The translations under genes were made by a program, and so were the position numbers. From positions 210,159 through 274,158 of the forward strand of contig QPMI01000603.1 in the NCBI GenBank assembly GCA_004431415.1: a stretch of 64,000 nucleotides of DNA, written 5' to 3'. Below the pieces are notes generated by a model that did not search any database, had not been told where the DNA came from, and worked only from the letters and a program-made list of their open reading frames with translations. This DNA is from Cyanophora paradoxa CCMP329 (Eukaryota; Plantae; Glaucophyta). Of this stretch, positions 1-12,344 are shown in pieces (position 1 is the stretch's first letter; each line of letters begins with the position of its first letter).

Positions 1-2436
1 GGTGCGCTGCGCTGCGCGCCGGCGGAGGGAGAGAGAGCTACATAGATAGAGAGGCGGCGGCCGCCGACTCGGGCCGCCGGCGCCGGGGCGGCGCAGGTAC
101 GCGCTGGTGCGGCTGCGGGAGAACGCGGAGAGCGTCGCCTTCTACGCCGGCGAGAAGGAGGAGCGCGCCGTCGCCATGGCGCGCCCCCCGTCCCCCGCCC
201 CTCCCACCACCATCCCCGCCCCTGTCGACCTGCTGAGCCGGGGCTGGCTGGGTGGCGGGGCGCAGGGGCGGCTGGAGCGGCTGGTGGCGCTGGGGATGCG
301 CCTCATCACGTGGAACCGCCACCTCGCCCTCTTCACCATCGGCTACACCGTCTTCATCCAGGTCCGCCATCGCCCGCCCCCGGGCGCCCGCCCCCAGCTT
401 GACGGGACGCCGCCCGGGGACGCCCGCCCCCGCGGCTTCCCCGTCTCACCTCTGCGCGCGTCGCTCAGGTGCTGCCGCTGGCGGTGGTCGCCCCCAAGTT
501 CTTCGAAGGGGCCCTCACCCTCGGCCAAGTCCAGCAGGCGCCCCCGCGCCCGCCCCCGCCCCCGCCCCACCTCGCCCTCCTAACCTTCGAAGCAGAGCTA
601 CAGCGCCTTCAACCACGTGCTGGACGACCTCTCGGCGCGCCGGCCCCTCCGAAGCCCCCGCGCCCCTCTGACGCGGCTCGCGCGGGGCCGCAGATCGTGG
701 TGACGCAGGTGGCGAGCCTCATCAACCTCTCGGCGGTGGCGGAGCGCCTCGCCACCCTCCTCACCGCCCTCGACCGCCTCGCCCAGGACGGCGCCCCGCC
801 CCTCGCACCCCGTCCGCCCCTTCCTTCTCTCATTCTCCGCTTCTCCTCCGCCCCTCCTCACGTACCCCTCCCCCTCGCCCGCGCGCAGAGGGGGACGGGT
901 ACGCGTCGCCGACGCCGTCGGTGTCGAGCACGTCGTCGGGGCCGGCGTCGGAAGGCCCCGGGGGCCCCCTCGGGGCCACCCGCCTCGAGATGTCCTCCCT
1001 CCTCCGCCGCTCCTGGCAGCGCAGCAGCGCCCCGGGGCCCCTCGGGGCCCCCTTCCCGGGGCCCGCCCCCTCCTCCGGCCCCGGGGGGCGGGCCCCCGGC
1101 CCCCGCGAGGGCGTCGTCGTCCAGACCTACGAGGCGCGCCGGCCCCAGCCCGCCCCCCGCCTCCGTCCCTTCCGACCATCTCCTCTTTGACGACGTGCGG
1201 GGGGCAGGGGTCGCTGGACGCGGCGACGGGCGAGTGCCTCCACATCGACGACCTCTCCGTCACCACCCCCGACGGCGGTGCCCTCCCCCGCCCCGCCCCG
1301 CCGCCCCCTCGGCGCAGCTGCGTTGTCCCTGACGCCCCCGCAGCGCGCCTCCTCCTCTCGGGCCTCACGTGTACGCCCCCCGCGCCCTTCTCCCTTCGCA
1401 TCGACCAGGCATGCGTTGACGCGCTCGACTCGGCGGGGCGCAGACGGGATGGGGGCGGGTCGGCGGCTGCTGGTGATGGGCCCGAGCGGCTCGGGCAAGT
1501 CCTCCCTCCTCCGCACCGTCGCCGGCCTCTGGTCCTTCGGCTCCGGCGCCGTCACCCGCCCCGCCGACGCCCTCTTCCTGCCCCAGGCCCGCGCCCCTTC
1601 CCCAAGCACACAAACAAACACACAAACCGCCCGCTCGGCCCCGCTCGGTCGGCTTCGCGCCCTGACCGGCTTGGCCCGCCCCGCAGCGCCCCTACATGGT
1701 CCTGGGCTCGCTGCGGGACCAGCTCCTCTACCCCCGCACCTCCGGCCGCCCCGTGCGCCCCGCCCACCTACGCGGCGTCCTCCCGCTCAGAGCCTCCCGC
1801 TCAGGGGGAGGACCGGCCTGCGGACTCGCGGCTGCTGCGGGCGCTGGAGCAGGTGAACCTGCCCGGCCTCACCTCCCGCTTCCCCGCCGGCCTCGACGAG
1901 GTCAGCGCTTTTGCCCGCTCCGCCCCGCCCGCCCCGCCGGCCGGGGCTTCAGGGGCGGGGGGCAGGTGCGGGACTGGGGCGCTGTGCTCTCGATGGGCGA
2001 GCAGCAGCGCCTCGCCTTCGCCCGCCTCGTCCTCGCGTCCGCCCCCGCCGTCCCCCAGCGCGCCCGCGCCCTGGCATGGACCGACGGCGGCGCGCAGGGA
2101 GCCGCGGTTGGTGATCCTGGACGAGGCGACGGGGGCGCTGGACGAGGAGAACGAGGCGGCCCTCTACGCGCTCCTCCGCGCCGCCCTCCCCGCCGCCGCC
2201 GTCCTCAGCGTCGGCCACCGCCGCGCCCTCCTCGCCTTCCACGACGACCTCCTCCTCCTCGCCGGCGACCACCGCGGGTGCGCTTCCCGTCGCTCTTTTT
2301 CACTTTCGATTTCGGGGTTTGCCTGTTGTTGGTTTTGTTCTTGGTTCTGAGGCGCGCGGGCGGGCGCAGGAGCTGCCGCCTGGCGCCGGCCTCCTCGGTC
2401 GACTTCTCCCGGGGGCCCGCCGCCGGCATCTTCTGA
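1..2436 (+). CDS. ABCD-family (peroxisomal/plastid-type) half ABC transporter, multi-exon, 5' end outside window
   Basis: Spliced exons give the EAA-like motif LVRLRENAESVAFYAGE, Walker A GPSGSGKSS, FLPQ|RPYMVLGSLRDQLLYP, signature DWGAVLSMGEQQRLAFAR, Walker B LVILDEATGALD and H-loop VLSVGHR. Probable stop at 2434-2436. Confidence 0.9.
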
Positions 2437-2537
2437 CCACGACCGCCGCCCCTCCCGCCCCTCGCCTCCCGGACCCTTGCCTCTTAGCCTGCTCTTCCCT
2501 ACAACAGCACTGCCTACAACCAGCTTTGCCTATTCTT

Positions 2538-3177
2538 TCAATCGAGCTCCCTGCTATGGCTACCGCTGCTCCGGCGCGCCCCGTGCGCGGAGGCGCCGCG
2601 CTGGGGCGGGGCGCCGTGGGGCGGCTCGGGGCGGGGCGAGGCGCCGGCGCCGGCGGCACCGGCGGCGGGGCGCCTGTGGGCGGCGGCGGCGGAGGAGCTC
2701 GAGGAGCGGGTGCGGCTGGGGCTCGGTGGGACGTACTCGACGGGGAAGAGCTTGGGGGCGGGGACGGCGGGGCGGCGGCGGGGCCCGCCCTCGTAGGCCA
2801 TGGCGACGGGGTCGAGCAGGCGGCGGACGAGGAGGCCGCGGGAGACGGCGTACGAGACCTGCGGCACGCTCTTGTCCCCCTCCGTCCGAAACTGCTTGAG
2901 ACGTCAGCCCCGCGGCTTCGTCGGCTTTGGCGGGGGCGGGGGCGGGGCGGACGCGGTGGATCTGGTCGACCTGCTCGGCGAAGGTGCGGAAGGCGGCCGA
3001 GGCGGGGTCCAGCCGCAGCCCCGTCGCCGCGTGCAGCCGCGCGAACTCGTACTTCCCTGCCGCCCCCGCCGCCCGTGAGAGAGTGGCTCCAGTGGGACCG
3101 GCGGGCGGCTCCTCGAGCGCGGCCCGGCCCAAGCGCGGCGCCGGAGGGTCGGGGGCGTGGGGGGGGCGTGGGGGGGG

Positions 3178-3213
<36 letters not shown>

Positions 3214-4576
3214 GGGGGCGCGCCCTGAGCGAAGAAGGCCTCTGCGAGGAAGAGGAGGCCCGGGAGGTAGTTGCGGTCCTCCCGGATCAGCAGCTCCGCG
3301 TCCGTCTGCGCCTGCCCCCGCCCCGCCCCCTCAGAGGGGAGGGAGGATGGGGGGAAGGGGAGGTCGGCCCGGGCCTGCTCGTATGCGCTCAGGCAGAAGT
3401 AGCACCTGCCGGAGGCGCCGGCGCCCTCCCCGGGTCAGGGGCCGGCGAAGCGGGGCGGGGGCGGGGGCAGGGCCGGACTTGAGGCGCTCAATGCGGAGGG
3501 GCCGGCACCAGGGGTCCTGCCAGAGGCCCTTGGAGAAGGCCAGCGCCGCCGTGCTCCACTTCGCCCGCCGCATCTGCTCCTGCCCCCGTCCCCCGCGAGT
3601 CGGCGGGGGGCGGGGGACGCCCCAGGGCGGCGCAGGCGAGGGCGCGGGTAGGAGGCGCACGACGCCCCGCTGGTGCCACATCTTGATCACGTCTGCAGGG
3701 GGGAGGGAAAGGGGGGGGCGTGAGGCGTGAGACGGGGTGCGGGCGGGGCGAGCGGGGCGGGGCGGCGGCGGGGCGGGCCCTCGTCCTTGATGCGGGCGCC
3801 GCCGCCGAGGAGCGGGGGCAGGCTCTCGCCCGGGAAGATCTTGCGGACGCGGGAGAAGGGCTGGCGGAGGGGCAGGGGCCGGTCGAGGACGCGGGGCACG
3901 TGCACGGCCTCCTCCTCGGGGGCCGCCTCCTCCTCCTCCTCCTCCTCGAGCCCGTTGCGCGGGGCGTGCACCGCGTCGTCGAAGCGCCTCTCCGCCTCGC
4001 CCTCGTCCCCGCTCGACGAGAGCTCGCCGTCCCGCGCCACGCGCCGCTCCGCCTCGACGAGGAGGCCCGGGTCGAGCCGCGCCATCCACTCCAGGCCCGG
4101 CGCGCTCCCCAGGCCCAGCACCACGGCCGGCCCGGACCGAACCTCCCCGTCCCCACGCTGCGCTCCGCTCCCCGCGCCCTGCAGCTGCACCTGCAGCTTC
4201 TTCGCGCTCTTGCTCGCGCTGCGCGGCCGCGGCGCCGTCGGTCAGGCGAGGCGGCGGGGCGCGGGACCGCGCGGGGCGCGGCGCACTGCAGCGGCTGCTG
4301 CCGGTCCCCCGCGGCGGCGTTCTTGCCGCGGCTGCCGCTCCGCGAGAGCGGGTGCGGGTGCTTGCTGCTGCTCGAGCGCGGCAGCGGCGCGCTGCGCGAG
4401 GTGGAGGCGCCGTCGTCCTGGTCGGGGGGAGGGAGCCTCAGCCGCCGAACCGACGCGCCCGTCTTTGCCGGCGTGCTCGGCGCGCTCGGCGCTCCCTCGG
4501 GCGGCGCCGGCTGGAATTGGACGCCATCCGCCTCCTTCCGCGTGAGCGCGGAGCGGAGCGAGGTGCTCCCGTCCAT
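2538..4576 (-). CDS. Multi-exon hypothetical protein with TPR-like helical repeats
   Basis: Codon-biased exons separated by C-rich introns. Segments EQMRRAKWSTAALAFSKGLWQDPWC, CYFCLSAYEQA and LLIREDRNYLPGLLFLAEAFFAQ resemble TPR repeats. Exon boundaries approximate. Confidence 0.5.
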
Positions 4577-4848
4577 TCGAACGGCCCGCAAATTGCGGTC
4601 CCTGCAGCTGCTTGTGGCTACCGGCGGCTACCTCGACTCATGGCCGTTCTGGTCCGCCGGCTGCTGGAAGCGGCGCAGTCTCGCTATCTAACGCAGAACC
4701 GTTAGCTGCGCCCGTCAGACCGCTTCTGGGCGGCTTCGATCCTCTCGCTTCATGGGAGCTCCAAGCTAACAAGGGGGGGGGGGGCGACCGCACTTCGTTC
4801 GCGGATCGGAGCAGGGGGGTCGAGGAGGGCGCGAAGTTCGCCGCGAAC

Positions 4849-6609
4849 ATGGAGCAGCAGCTGAGGGAGAAGCTTCAGCATGCGCTGCACCTGCACCGCG
4901 ACGAGCGGCTGCTCACGGCTGCCCGCGTGCTGGACGGGGTCGAAGCACAGCTGAAGGAGCTCAAGGCTAGCGGCGGGGCCGGTGCGCGTCCCAGTGCGCG
5001 TTGCGTAGAGCCTAGCCTCCTCAGCTGCTTAGAGCCGTTCGAGACGCGCGCCGCCGTCGCGACGGCCCGGCTGGGCGAGCTGAAGGGCAGGCGGAGGTGG
5101 CTGTGTTCGCTGAAGCGACAGCAGATGCAGCAGTTGCGGAGTCGGTGGAGAAGGAGCTGGAGGCGAACCGCGCGCAGATAGACGAGCTGCGCTTCGAGCA
5201 GAAGTTCATCGAGGAGCTCGTCGAAGAAGTCCGCGCCGACGGCAAAGGTGCGTACGCTCGCTCGCCGCTCGCGCCGCGGCGCGGAGCATCGCTCCGGCCT
5301 CGCTCACCTGCGCGGCACACAGACTGGACGCCGGTGTCCCATGGAAAGGCAAGCAACGCAGCGCTAGCGCCGGCCCGCGCGCGCCACGCGCGCCGGCATC
5401 TAAGCGCGCCTCGGCCGGAAATCACAGGTTAAAGTCTGGTACCGACAAGAACCCGACACGCCCATCCACACGGTCAAGACGGAGGGTGCGCGCGCGGGGC
5501 CCCGTGCCACGGTGCCCCCGCGCCGGGGCGCGCGGCCTGACGGCGCCGCCGCCTTTCGGGGCAGTGGTTCTGGAGGAGATCAAGCTGACGGAGCTGCTGT
5601 GCGTGCTGTACGAGACGGACCTCTGGGCCGACCTCTTCCCCTTCCTCAAGTTCTCCAAGTGCCTCGCCAAGCCCAAGCGCTGCTCCCAGGTCGTCCACGT
5701 CGGGTCCGGCCCCGCGCCCCCGGCCGCCCTGCATGTCCCCGCCCGTCCAGCTCAGTTCTGCTGCCCCGCGCAGGCTGCGGGCGATGTGGCCCGTGTGGTC
5801 CAGGGACAGCGTCGGTGCGTCGCCCGCCCGCCCCCGCGCCCGCACCCTCCCGGTCCACCGCCTCCGCTCCTGATCAGCCGGGAGCAGTGCTGGGCTTCGC
5901 GGTGAACGCCTTCGAGGAGCTCGGGGGCGTCGTGTGCGTCTCCAAGTCCGTCGACTCGCACCCCAGCGTGGCTATCCCCGCCGTCGACGGCGCCTACGTC
6001 CGCGCTGACGTCCACCTCAGCGGGTCCCCTCCCGCTACCCCGCCCCACCCCCCCCCCCCCCCCCCCCCCCGCGCCCCTCCCCCCTCTCCGCGGCTGATCG
6101 CGGGGCAGGTACCTGCTGGAGATCATAGACGAGCGGACGACGCGCATGACGACCGTCGTCAACCTCGACCCCAAGCTCGCCCGCGTCCGCCCCGCCCTCC
6201 CCGCAGCCCCCCGCGGCCGCCCCGCCTGCCGCGGCGCCCCCGCCCGCCTGAGGCCGGGGCGGCGTGCAGGTGCCGGCGGCGGTGATCAACTTCTTCACGC
6301 GGAACATCTGCGGGCTGGCCTTCCAGCTCCTCCAGGGCCGCGTCGCCAAGTTCAAGGACAACGCCGAGCACCGCCGCCGCATCCTCGAGGCCCGCCCGCC
6401 CGGCCCGAGCCCCGCCCGAGCCCCGCCCGGCGCTGACCGCCTCGCAGAACCGGGAGTTCTACGGGTGGCTGGAGCCCGTCGTGGAGGAGTCGCTCGCCCG
6501 CCTCCAGGCCCGCAACGCCGAGAAGGAGAGGGAGAAGGGGAAGGAGAAGGAGGGGGCCGAGGCGCCGGCCGCCTCCCTCGCCGCCTCCCTCGCCGCCGCC
6601 TCCCTCTAG
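4849..6609 (+). CDS. START-domain lipid-binding/transfer protein, multi-exon
   Basis: Spliced product includes DWTPVSHGK..KVWYRQEPDTPIHTVKTE, LLCVLYETDLWADLFPF, MWPVWSRDSV, VCVSKSVDSHPSVAIP..YVRADV and VNLDPKL..VPAAVINF, in typical START order. ATG 4849, TAG 6607-6609. Confidence 0.75.
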
Positions 6610-6891
6610 CTCCCCGCCCGCCTCCCCCCTCCTCCCGCTCCACGGACCTCCGATCCCGCGCCCCTGTACTCCACGCCCAGCCCGCCCAGCCCTCATCGCG
6701 ATCCAGGCCAGCCTGTCCACCCTCCGCCCACCCCGGTTCCCGCCCCGGCGCGAACCCCGCGTCTCGCACGTCCCCGTCCCGACCCCCGAACCCCTAACCC
6801 CCAGACGCCGCGCCCCTTCGAACCGAGCCGTCCCAATCCAACTGGGGCCTCCCGGTGCGCTGTGGGAGCAGCGGAGGGGCCCGGGCAGGGG

Positions 6892-8246
6892 TCACGCGGG
6901 GGGCGCGTGCGGGGGCGGGGGCGCGAGGCCGTCGAAGGCGCGGACGCCAAGCATGCGCAGCAGCGCGATCGTCGCCTGCGCGGGGCGCCGCCGGCCTCGT
7001 TTCGGAAGGGGCGGAGAGGGCCGGGGGGCCGGGCCCAGGGCGCACGAGCTTGGGGTGGCTGTTGTCGAGGGCGGCGTCGAAGGCGCCGCCCCTCCGCAGC
7101 TCCCCGTACGCCTCCCGCACCCGCGCCTGGCCCCGACGCCCCGCTCGAGGCGCGCCTCGGGCCGGGGCCGGGCGGGGCGGGGCGGGGCCGGGGCCGGGGC
7201 GGGAGGGGGTGGCGGACGAGGAACTCGGGGTCGCGCTCGCCGAGGCGCTCCCGCAGCGCCCGCTCCACCGGCCCCGCCTGCTCGTACCGGAACCTGCCGC
7301 CCGCCGCTTGAGCTTCGGCCGCCCCGCGCGGTGCGGGGCGGGGCGGGAGGGGCGGGCGCGGGCGCACGAGAGGGCGCGGTTGGTGGCGTAGGCGTCGGCG
7401 GTGCAGAGGAGGAGCGAGCAGCGGCGGGCGGCCCGCAGCTCGGCCGCCGCGTCGAGGAGCAGCCGGTCGGGCGCGCGCCCGCGGGCGGCGGCGAAGGCGG
7501 CGGGGGCGAGCGGCGAGCGGTCCACGAAGGCGAGGGAGCCGCGGAAGGCCCCGGGCTCCTCCTGCACATGCGCCCCGCCCAGCTCGGCCTCGCGTACGCC
7601 TTGGGCGCGGCCCGGGGCCGCGCCGGGCCGGCCGGGGAGCGCGGGGGCGGCGCGGGCGCACGCGGGCGCGGCGTTGGAGGGCGTCGACGGCGTTGAGGGA
7701 GGCCGCCGCCCAGCGCAGCGCCATCGCCGGGCCCGTCGGGTCCTCCTCCCGGTGCTGCCGCGCGCGCGCCCCGGCCGGTGAGGACGCGCCGCGCGGGGCA
7801 GCACGCACGGCGCGATCGGGCCCGACCTGCGCGCAGAAGTCCATGTACTTCGCGCTGCGCACCGCCGCCGCCGTCAGCCGCCGGCGCCGTGTCTCGCACG
7901 CGCCGGGCGCCAGGCCCGGGCACGCGGACCTGTGCACGGCGTAGCCGAGCGCTCGCAAGCGGTTCAGGAGCGAGCGCTTGTCGACGCCGCCCTCGCCTTC
8001 GAGCATGACCACCTGAAGGCTCTCGCCCGGTATCCGCAGCTTCCCGTCCTGCTCCGCCGCTCCGACCTCGACTGGCCCCCGGCGTGAGCGGGCGAGCTGG
8101 AAGCGCGCAGCCGCGAGGCTCTTACCCGTTTCGCACACGTCGAGCCGCTCCCATCGCGCCGGTTTTGCCTTGGCCGCACCGCTAAGCGCCCGCACTGGGC
8201 GCGCGGAGCGCGGCCTAGCCGCTGCTCCAGCCAGTACCGCGCGCAT
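6892..8246 (-). CDS. Thymidylate/deoxynucleoside-kinase-like P-loop protein with degenerate Walker A and probable mitochondrial presequence
   Basis: VVMLEGEGGVDKRSLLNRL (cf. xxxEGxxGxGKST) and AFVDRSPL (DR motif). The N-terminus is Arg/Ala/Ser-rich and acid-free. Confidence 0.45.
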
Positions 8247-8739
8247 GCTGCTGAGCCTGCAGCGCCCGTAGAGGCGGCGTGGAACAAGGCGGGCGAACTT
8301 GACGGGGGAGCAAGCACGGCAGGGATACCGCAGTCGAAGGCAATGAAGTGCCAGAGCGCGGCGAAAGCTTGCCGGGGCACGACGTCTCGTTGTCTACAGG
8401 ACGTGTAGGAGCTTGCTGAGGCCGCAATCCGCCTGCGACGCGCTCCACCGCTGGCTCTAGGGGCGCGGCGACGTCACGGACAGGCGGTGCAGCTCGGCGT
8501 TGGATTGTGATTACCGGCGCGGCATTATCATCTTTCTGCTAGAGTCCACCGAAGCGGCGGCGGCAGCAGCCAGGACCCGAAACGCCCGAAACGTCAGAAG
8601 TTCTCAGAACTCTTGAGCCGGGCTTCTTTGCCGCTGCGCGGCAAGCCTTCTCCGCCGCAGCGGTAGGTATGTTCTTGCGCGGCGATCGCCGCAGACTGCT
8701 CCCGCCCTTCGGTCTAAAGGGCAACAGGCGCGGCGAAGT

Positions 8740-11645
8740 ATGGCGCCGCACGCGACACCGGCGGAGGGGCTCCTGCTCGCCCCCACGCCGATCGCGCCGA
8801 TCGTCGACTCGCTCGCGCGGGCCGTCTGCGGACCACTGTGCGTCCCCTGCGCCGCAGCCTTGGCGAGAGCGCCTGCGAGGAGAGCGCCTGCGGCGGCGGC
8901 GCTGACTGGGCGGGGCGGGGCGCAGGACGCGGTTCAGCTACGTGGAGGGCTGGGCGGTGGAGGAGCACACGGGGGCCCTCCGCTGCGCCCGCGCCGTGCA
9001 CGCCTCGCAGCTCCCGCCGGGCCCCGAGGCCGACCCGGCGCCCCCGGAGGACCCGGCCGTGGCCGCTTTCCGGCGGGCCGCGGAGGGCGCGGAGCTGCGG
9101 GCCGGGGCGGACATCGTAGCGCGGGCGGCGGCGGCGGGGCGGCCCGAGTGGCTCGTGGACTGCGGCGCCTGCCCGCCGGAGACCTTCGCCCGCGCCGGCC
9201 CCGCCTGCCCCTTCCGCGCCCTCTTCGTGCTCCCCATCCTCCGCCCCGCCCGCTCGGTCCGGCCGCCCGCCCCGCTCGCCCCGGAACCCGCCTCCGCGGC
9301 CCTGACGCGGGGCGCGCGGGGTGCAGGACGCGGCGGCGGGAGGCGGCTTCTGCTGCTTCTGCTTCTTCAGCCCGGCGGCCCTCGAGTACGACAGCGTCGG
9401 TCTGCCCCCCGCCGAACGCCCCTTCCGCCGGCCCCGCCGCCTCCGAGGCGGCTCTGGGCGCAGTGGAGGAGTTCGTGCGCGTGGCGGCGGCCGTCGCGCT
9501 GTACGCCGCCAACCTGCTCTGCCCCGCGCTGCCGCCCCCGGCCCCGTCCCGGCCGGCCGCCCTCCCTCTCGACCCCTGCGCCCTCGACCTCCTCCGCGTC
9601 CCGTGCGCGCGCCCCCGCCGCCCCCGCCGCCCGCCCCCCGTTGGCCCCCCTTCCGAGCGTCCGGGGCGGGGCGGGGCGGGCAGGCCGGGGACGCGATCGG
9701 GGGCCTCCCTCGACTACATCGACCGCTCCCTCGCCGACCAGGCGCGCCGCCCCCGCCCCCGCCCCCCCGCCCCGCCCGCACCGCCGTCTTCTTCTTCTTC
9801 CGAGCCGGGGGGCGGCGTGCGGCAGGTGGGTCTCCTGCGCCGCTTCCCGAGCCTCCGCCGCGGCTTCCTCGAGTCCGCCCGCCTCGCCACCTTCCCCGCC
9901 GCCCACCGCCGTGCGTCCCCCCCCGCCCCGCCCCGCGAGGCAACGCAGGGCCCGTGCGCGCGCTGAGCGCTCAGCCGCGGGCAGTGTGCGGGCTGGGTGA
10001 GCCGCTGGAGAACGCTTTCGTGCTCCTCCGCGGCACCGTCCGCTGCACCGACCGCCCCGCCACCGGCTCCGCCCCGCGTCCGCCCCGCCCCGTCCCGCCC
10101 CGCCCGGTCGCCCCGCCCCGTGCGCGGCCGTTGAGACGCGGGTGCAGCGTGGGAGTGGTGGACGGTGGGGGCCGGGGAGGGCCTGGGGGAGGCGTGCCTG
10201 CTGCGGGCCGGGGCGGCGAGCGCGGTGGAGGCGATCTGCGAGAGCGAAGTCGCCTGCCTCGCGATCCCCGCCCCCGAGGCCCCGCGCCCCGGCCCCGGCC
10301 CCGCCCCCGTCCCCGCCACGTCCGCCCCCGCCCCCGCCCCCGCCCCGCCCGGGCCGGCACCCCGCCGGGCCGACGGGGGCCGTGCGCAGGGCGGCGGAGG
10401 CCTGCGGCGCGGTCCTGCAGCGGCGCGGGAGCGCCGCCTCCCTCGCGAGCTGCAGGCGCGCCCCGGCCCCCGCCCCGCCGCGCCCCTCCCCGCACGGCCT
10501 CGCCAGGCCTCGCTGAGGCCGGGGCCGCAGCTCCTCCGATGCGGCGCCGGGCTCCGAGTTCTCCCCGCCGCCCCGCGAGGCCGCCGCGCCCCGGAGGGCA
10601 CGCCCGCCCCCTCTCCCTCCGCCCCCGCTCCCGTGCGCCCCCTCCCCGCCCCGCCCTCGCGCGCGGGTGCGGTCGAGCGGGGCGGGCGGCGGGGCGCAGG
10701 AGGCGCGCGCGGAGGGGACGCCGCCGGGGTCGCGGCCGTCGTCGCCCTTGGCGGGGCGGCGGCGGCGGGGCCGGCGGGCCGGGGCCGGCGCTGGCGTCGG
10801 TGCCGGCGCCGGCGGTGGTGATGCGGGAGGTGAAGAGGCCGCAGGCGGCCAAGCGCAAGCGCGAGTCCATCACCCTCGAGGCCCGCCCGCCCGCCCGCCC
10901 GCCCGCCCCGCCCGCCCGCCCCGCCCGCCGGCCGGCGACCTTACTCGGGCGGGGGCGCAGGTGCTGCAGCCGCTCTTCAGCGTGCCCCTCAACCGCGCCG
11001 CCGAGTCCCTGGGCGTCTCGTGCGCCCGCCCGCCCCCTCCTCCCGAACCCCTCTCGCCCGCGCTGACCTCGGGCGGGCGGGGCGCAGGCTGACGACGCTC
11101 AAGGCGGCGTGCCGCGACCTCGGGCTCCCCAGCTGGCCCCACCGCCGCGTCCGCCCCCGCCCCGCCCCCCGCCCCGCCCCCGAGCCTCACGCCTCTTCTC
11201 TCCCGCCCGCCCGCCCCGCGCAGCTCTTCGCTGGCGGATCGACCCTTCCCGTCGGCGTTCCGCGGGGCCCCGGCCCCGACTCGCCCGTCCCCTCCCCCGC
11301 CACCCCTTCCCCCCGCCCCTCCCCGCTCCGCCCCGCCCTCCGCCCCACACGCGTCCGCCACCTCGCCCTTCCCCCTACCCCGACCCTCCGGCTTCCAACC
11401 CGCCCCGCCCCCGCCCCGCCCCCGCCCCGCCGGAGTCGGACACGGACCTCTTTCTGCAGGCGCTCTGCAGCAGCCCGCCCCTCCCTGAGGCGGCGTCCCC
11501 GCGCTCCTCGTGTACACTACCCCCGCCCCTCCGCCCCTCCGCAGGCGCCGCCCCCCCCCCCCCTCCCCCCCTCCCCCCCCCGCCCCTCCCCCCCTCGCCC
11601 GCCCGCCCTCTCCCCCTGGCACTTTTGTTCGGCCCCGCGCAGTAG
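8740..11645 (+). CDS. RWP-RK (NIN-like) transcription factor with N-terminal GAF-like and central cNMP-binding domains, multi-exon
   Basis: RWP-RK: ITLE|VLQPLFSVPLNRAAESLGVS..LTTLKAACRDLGLPSWPHRR (about 10870-11148). NLP-type GAF: FSYVEGW..AFRRAAEG..GRPEWLVD..FAR..RALFVLPI. cNMP-binding: GEPLENAFVLLRGTV..GAGEGLGEACLL..AVEAICESEVACLAIP. Confidence 0.8.
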
Positions 11646-11776
11646 AGAGCACTGAATATGCGAGCGAACGCGTAGCATATGACTTTGTATGCCTGCCACT
11701 CTGTAAGCAGCCTTGATTCTATATTATGATTGCTAGGGGTACAACCTTCAGTCTTCTTTCGCGCGAAGCAGTGAAG

Positions 11777-12344
11777 ATGGGTCGCGTGGCTCGTCGTGGG
11801 AGGGGCCCTAGCTGGGCCCCTCTGGTGGTCGCCGTTGTCTTCATCGTCGTCGTTTTCAGCCTCCTGGCGGCCTGCGCGGAGGCGGGGTCGAATAAGAAGG
11901 GCAAGTCATCCGCAACGGGCTCTCGCAAGACAGCCCGTCCGCGGCCGACCGCAACCGCCCAGCCACGAGCTCGCCGTTCCGGTTCCGCACGTGTGGCCGA
12001 GGCGGCGGATTCCGGCGGCGAGGACGACGCTTCGGCGCCTACTCCACCGACAAATGCCCGTCAATCAACCAGCAACAAGCGCAAGGCGCCAGCCGGACCG
12101 GCAGTCGAGAACCGCACCCGTGACGACGTTCCGGATCCAGAGCCGTTCTCTGAGGACGAGGAGGATGTCATTGCCGGCGTGCAGCGTCGCGAGCAGTTCG
12201 GCGGCGCAGCTACACACGAGGAAGCTCTGGCCGCACAGCAGTTCCCGAATCTCGAGTTGCCGGTTCCAGACCAGCCAGGCCCCAGTCGGCACACTCGGCA
12301 CCGCCGCGGCCCGGTTCCCGTCGTCCCGCTCAACAACGCTACGA
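11777..12344 (+). pseudogene. 5' part of an intronless Gag-like zinc-knuckle ORF interrupted by YR retrotransposon 1
   Basis: The frame continues at 33904. Joining 11777-12344 with 33904-34487 gives 1152 nt (383 aa) with no stop. Hydrophobic N-terminal segment present. Confidence 0.7.
12147..12344 (+). repeat. 198-bp direct duplication flanking the YR-element complex (partner 33706-33903)
   Basis: Near-identical TCTCTGAGGACGAG...CAACAACGCTACGA at both sites. Confidence 0.95.

Noticed and set aside
3158-3218. Long poly-G tract (also poly-C near 6047-6070 and 11550-11595)
   Set aside because: Low-complexity intron or Pro-codon sequence typical of this host; length unreliable.
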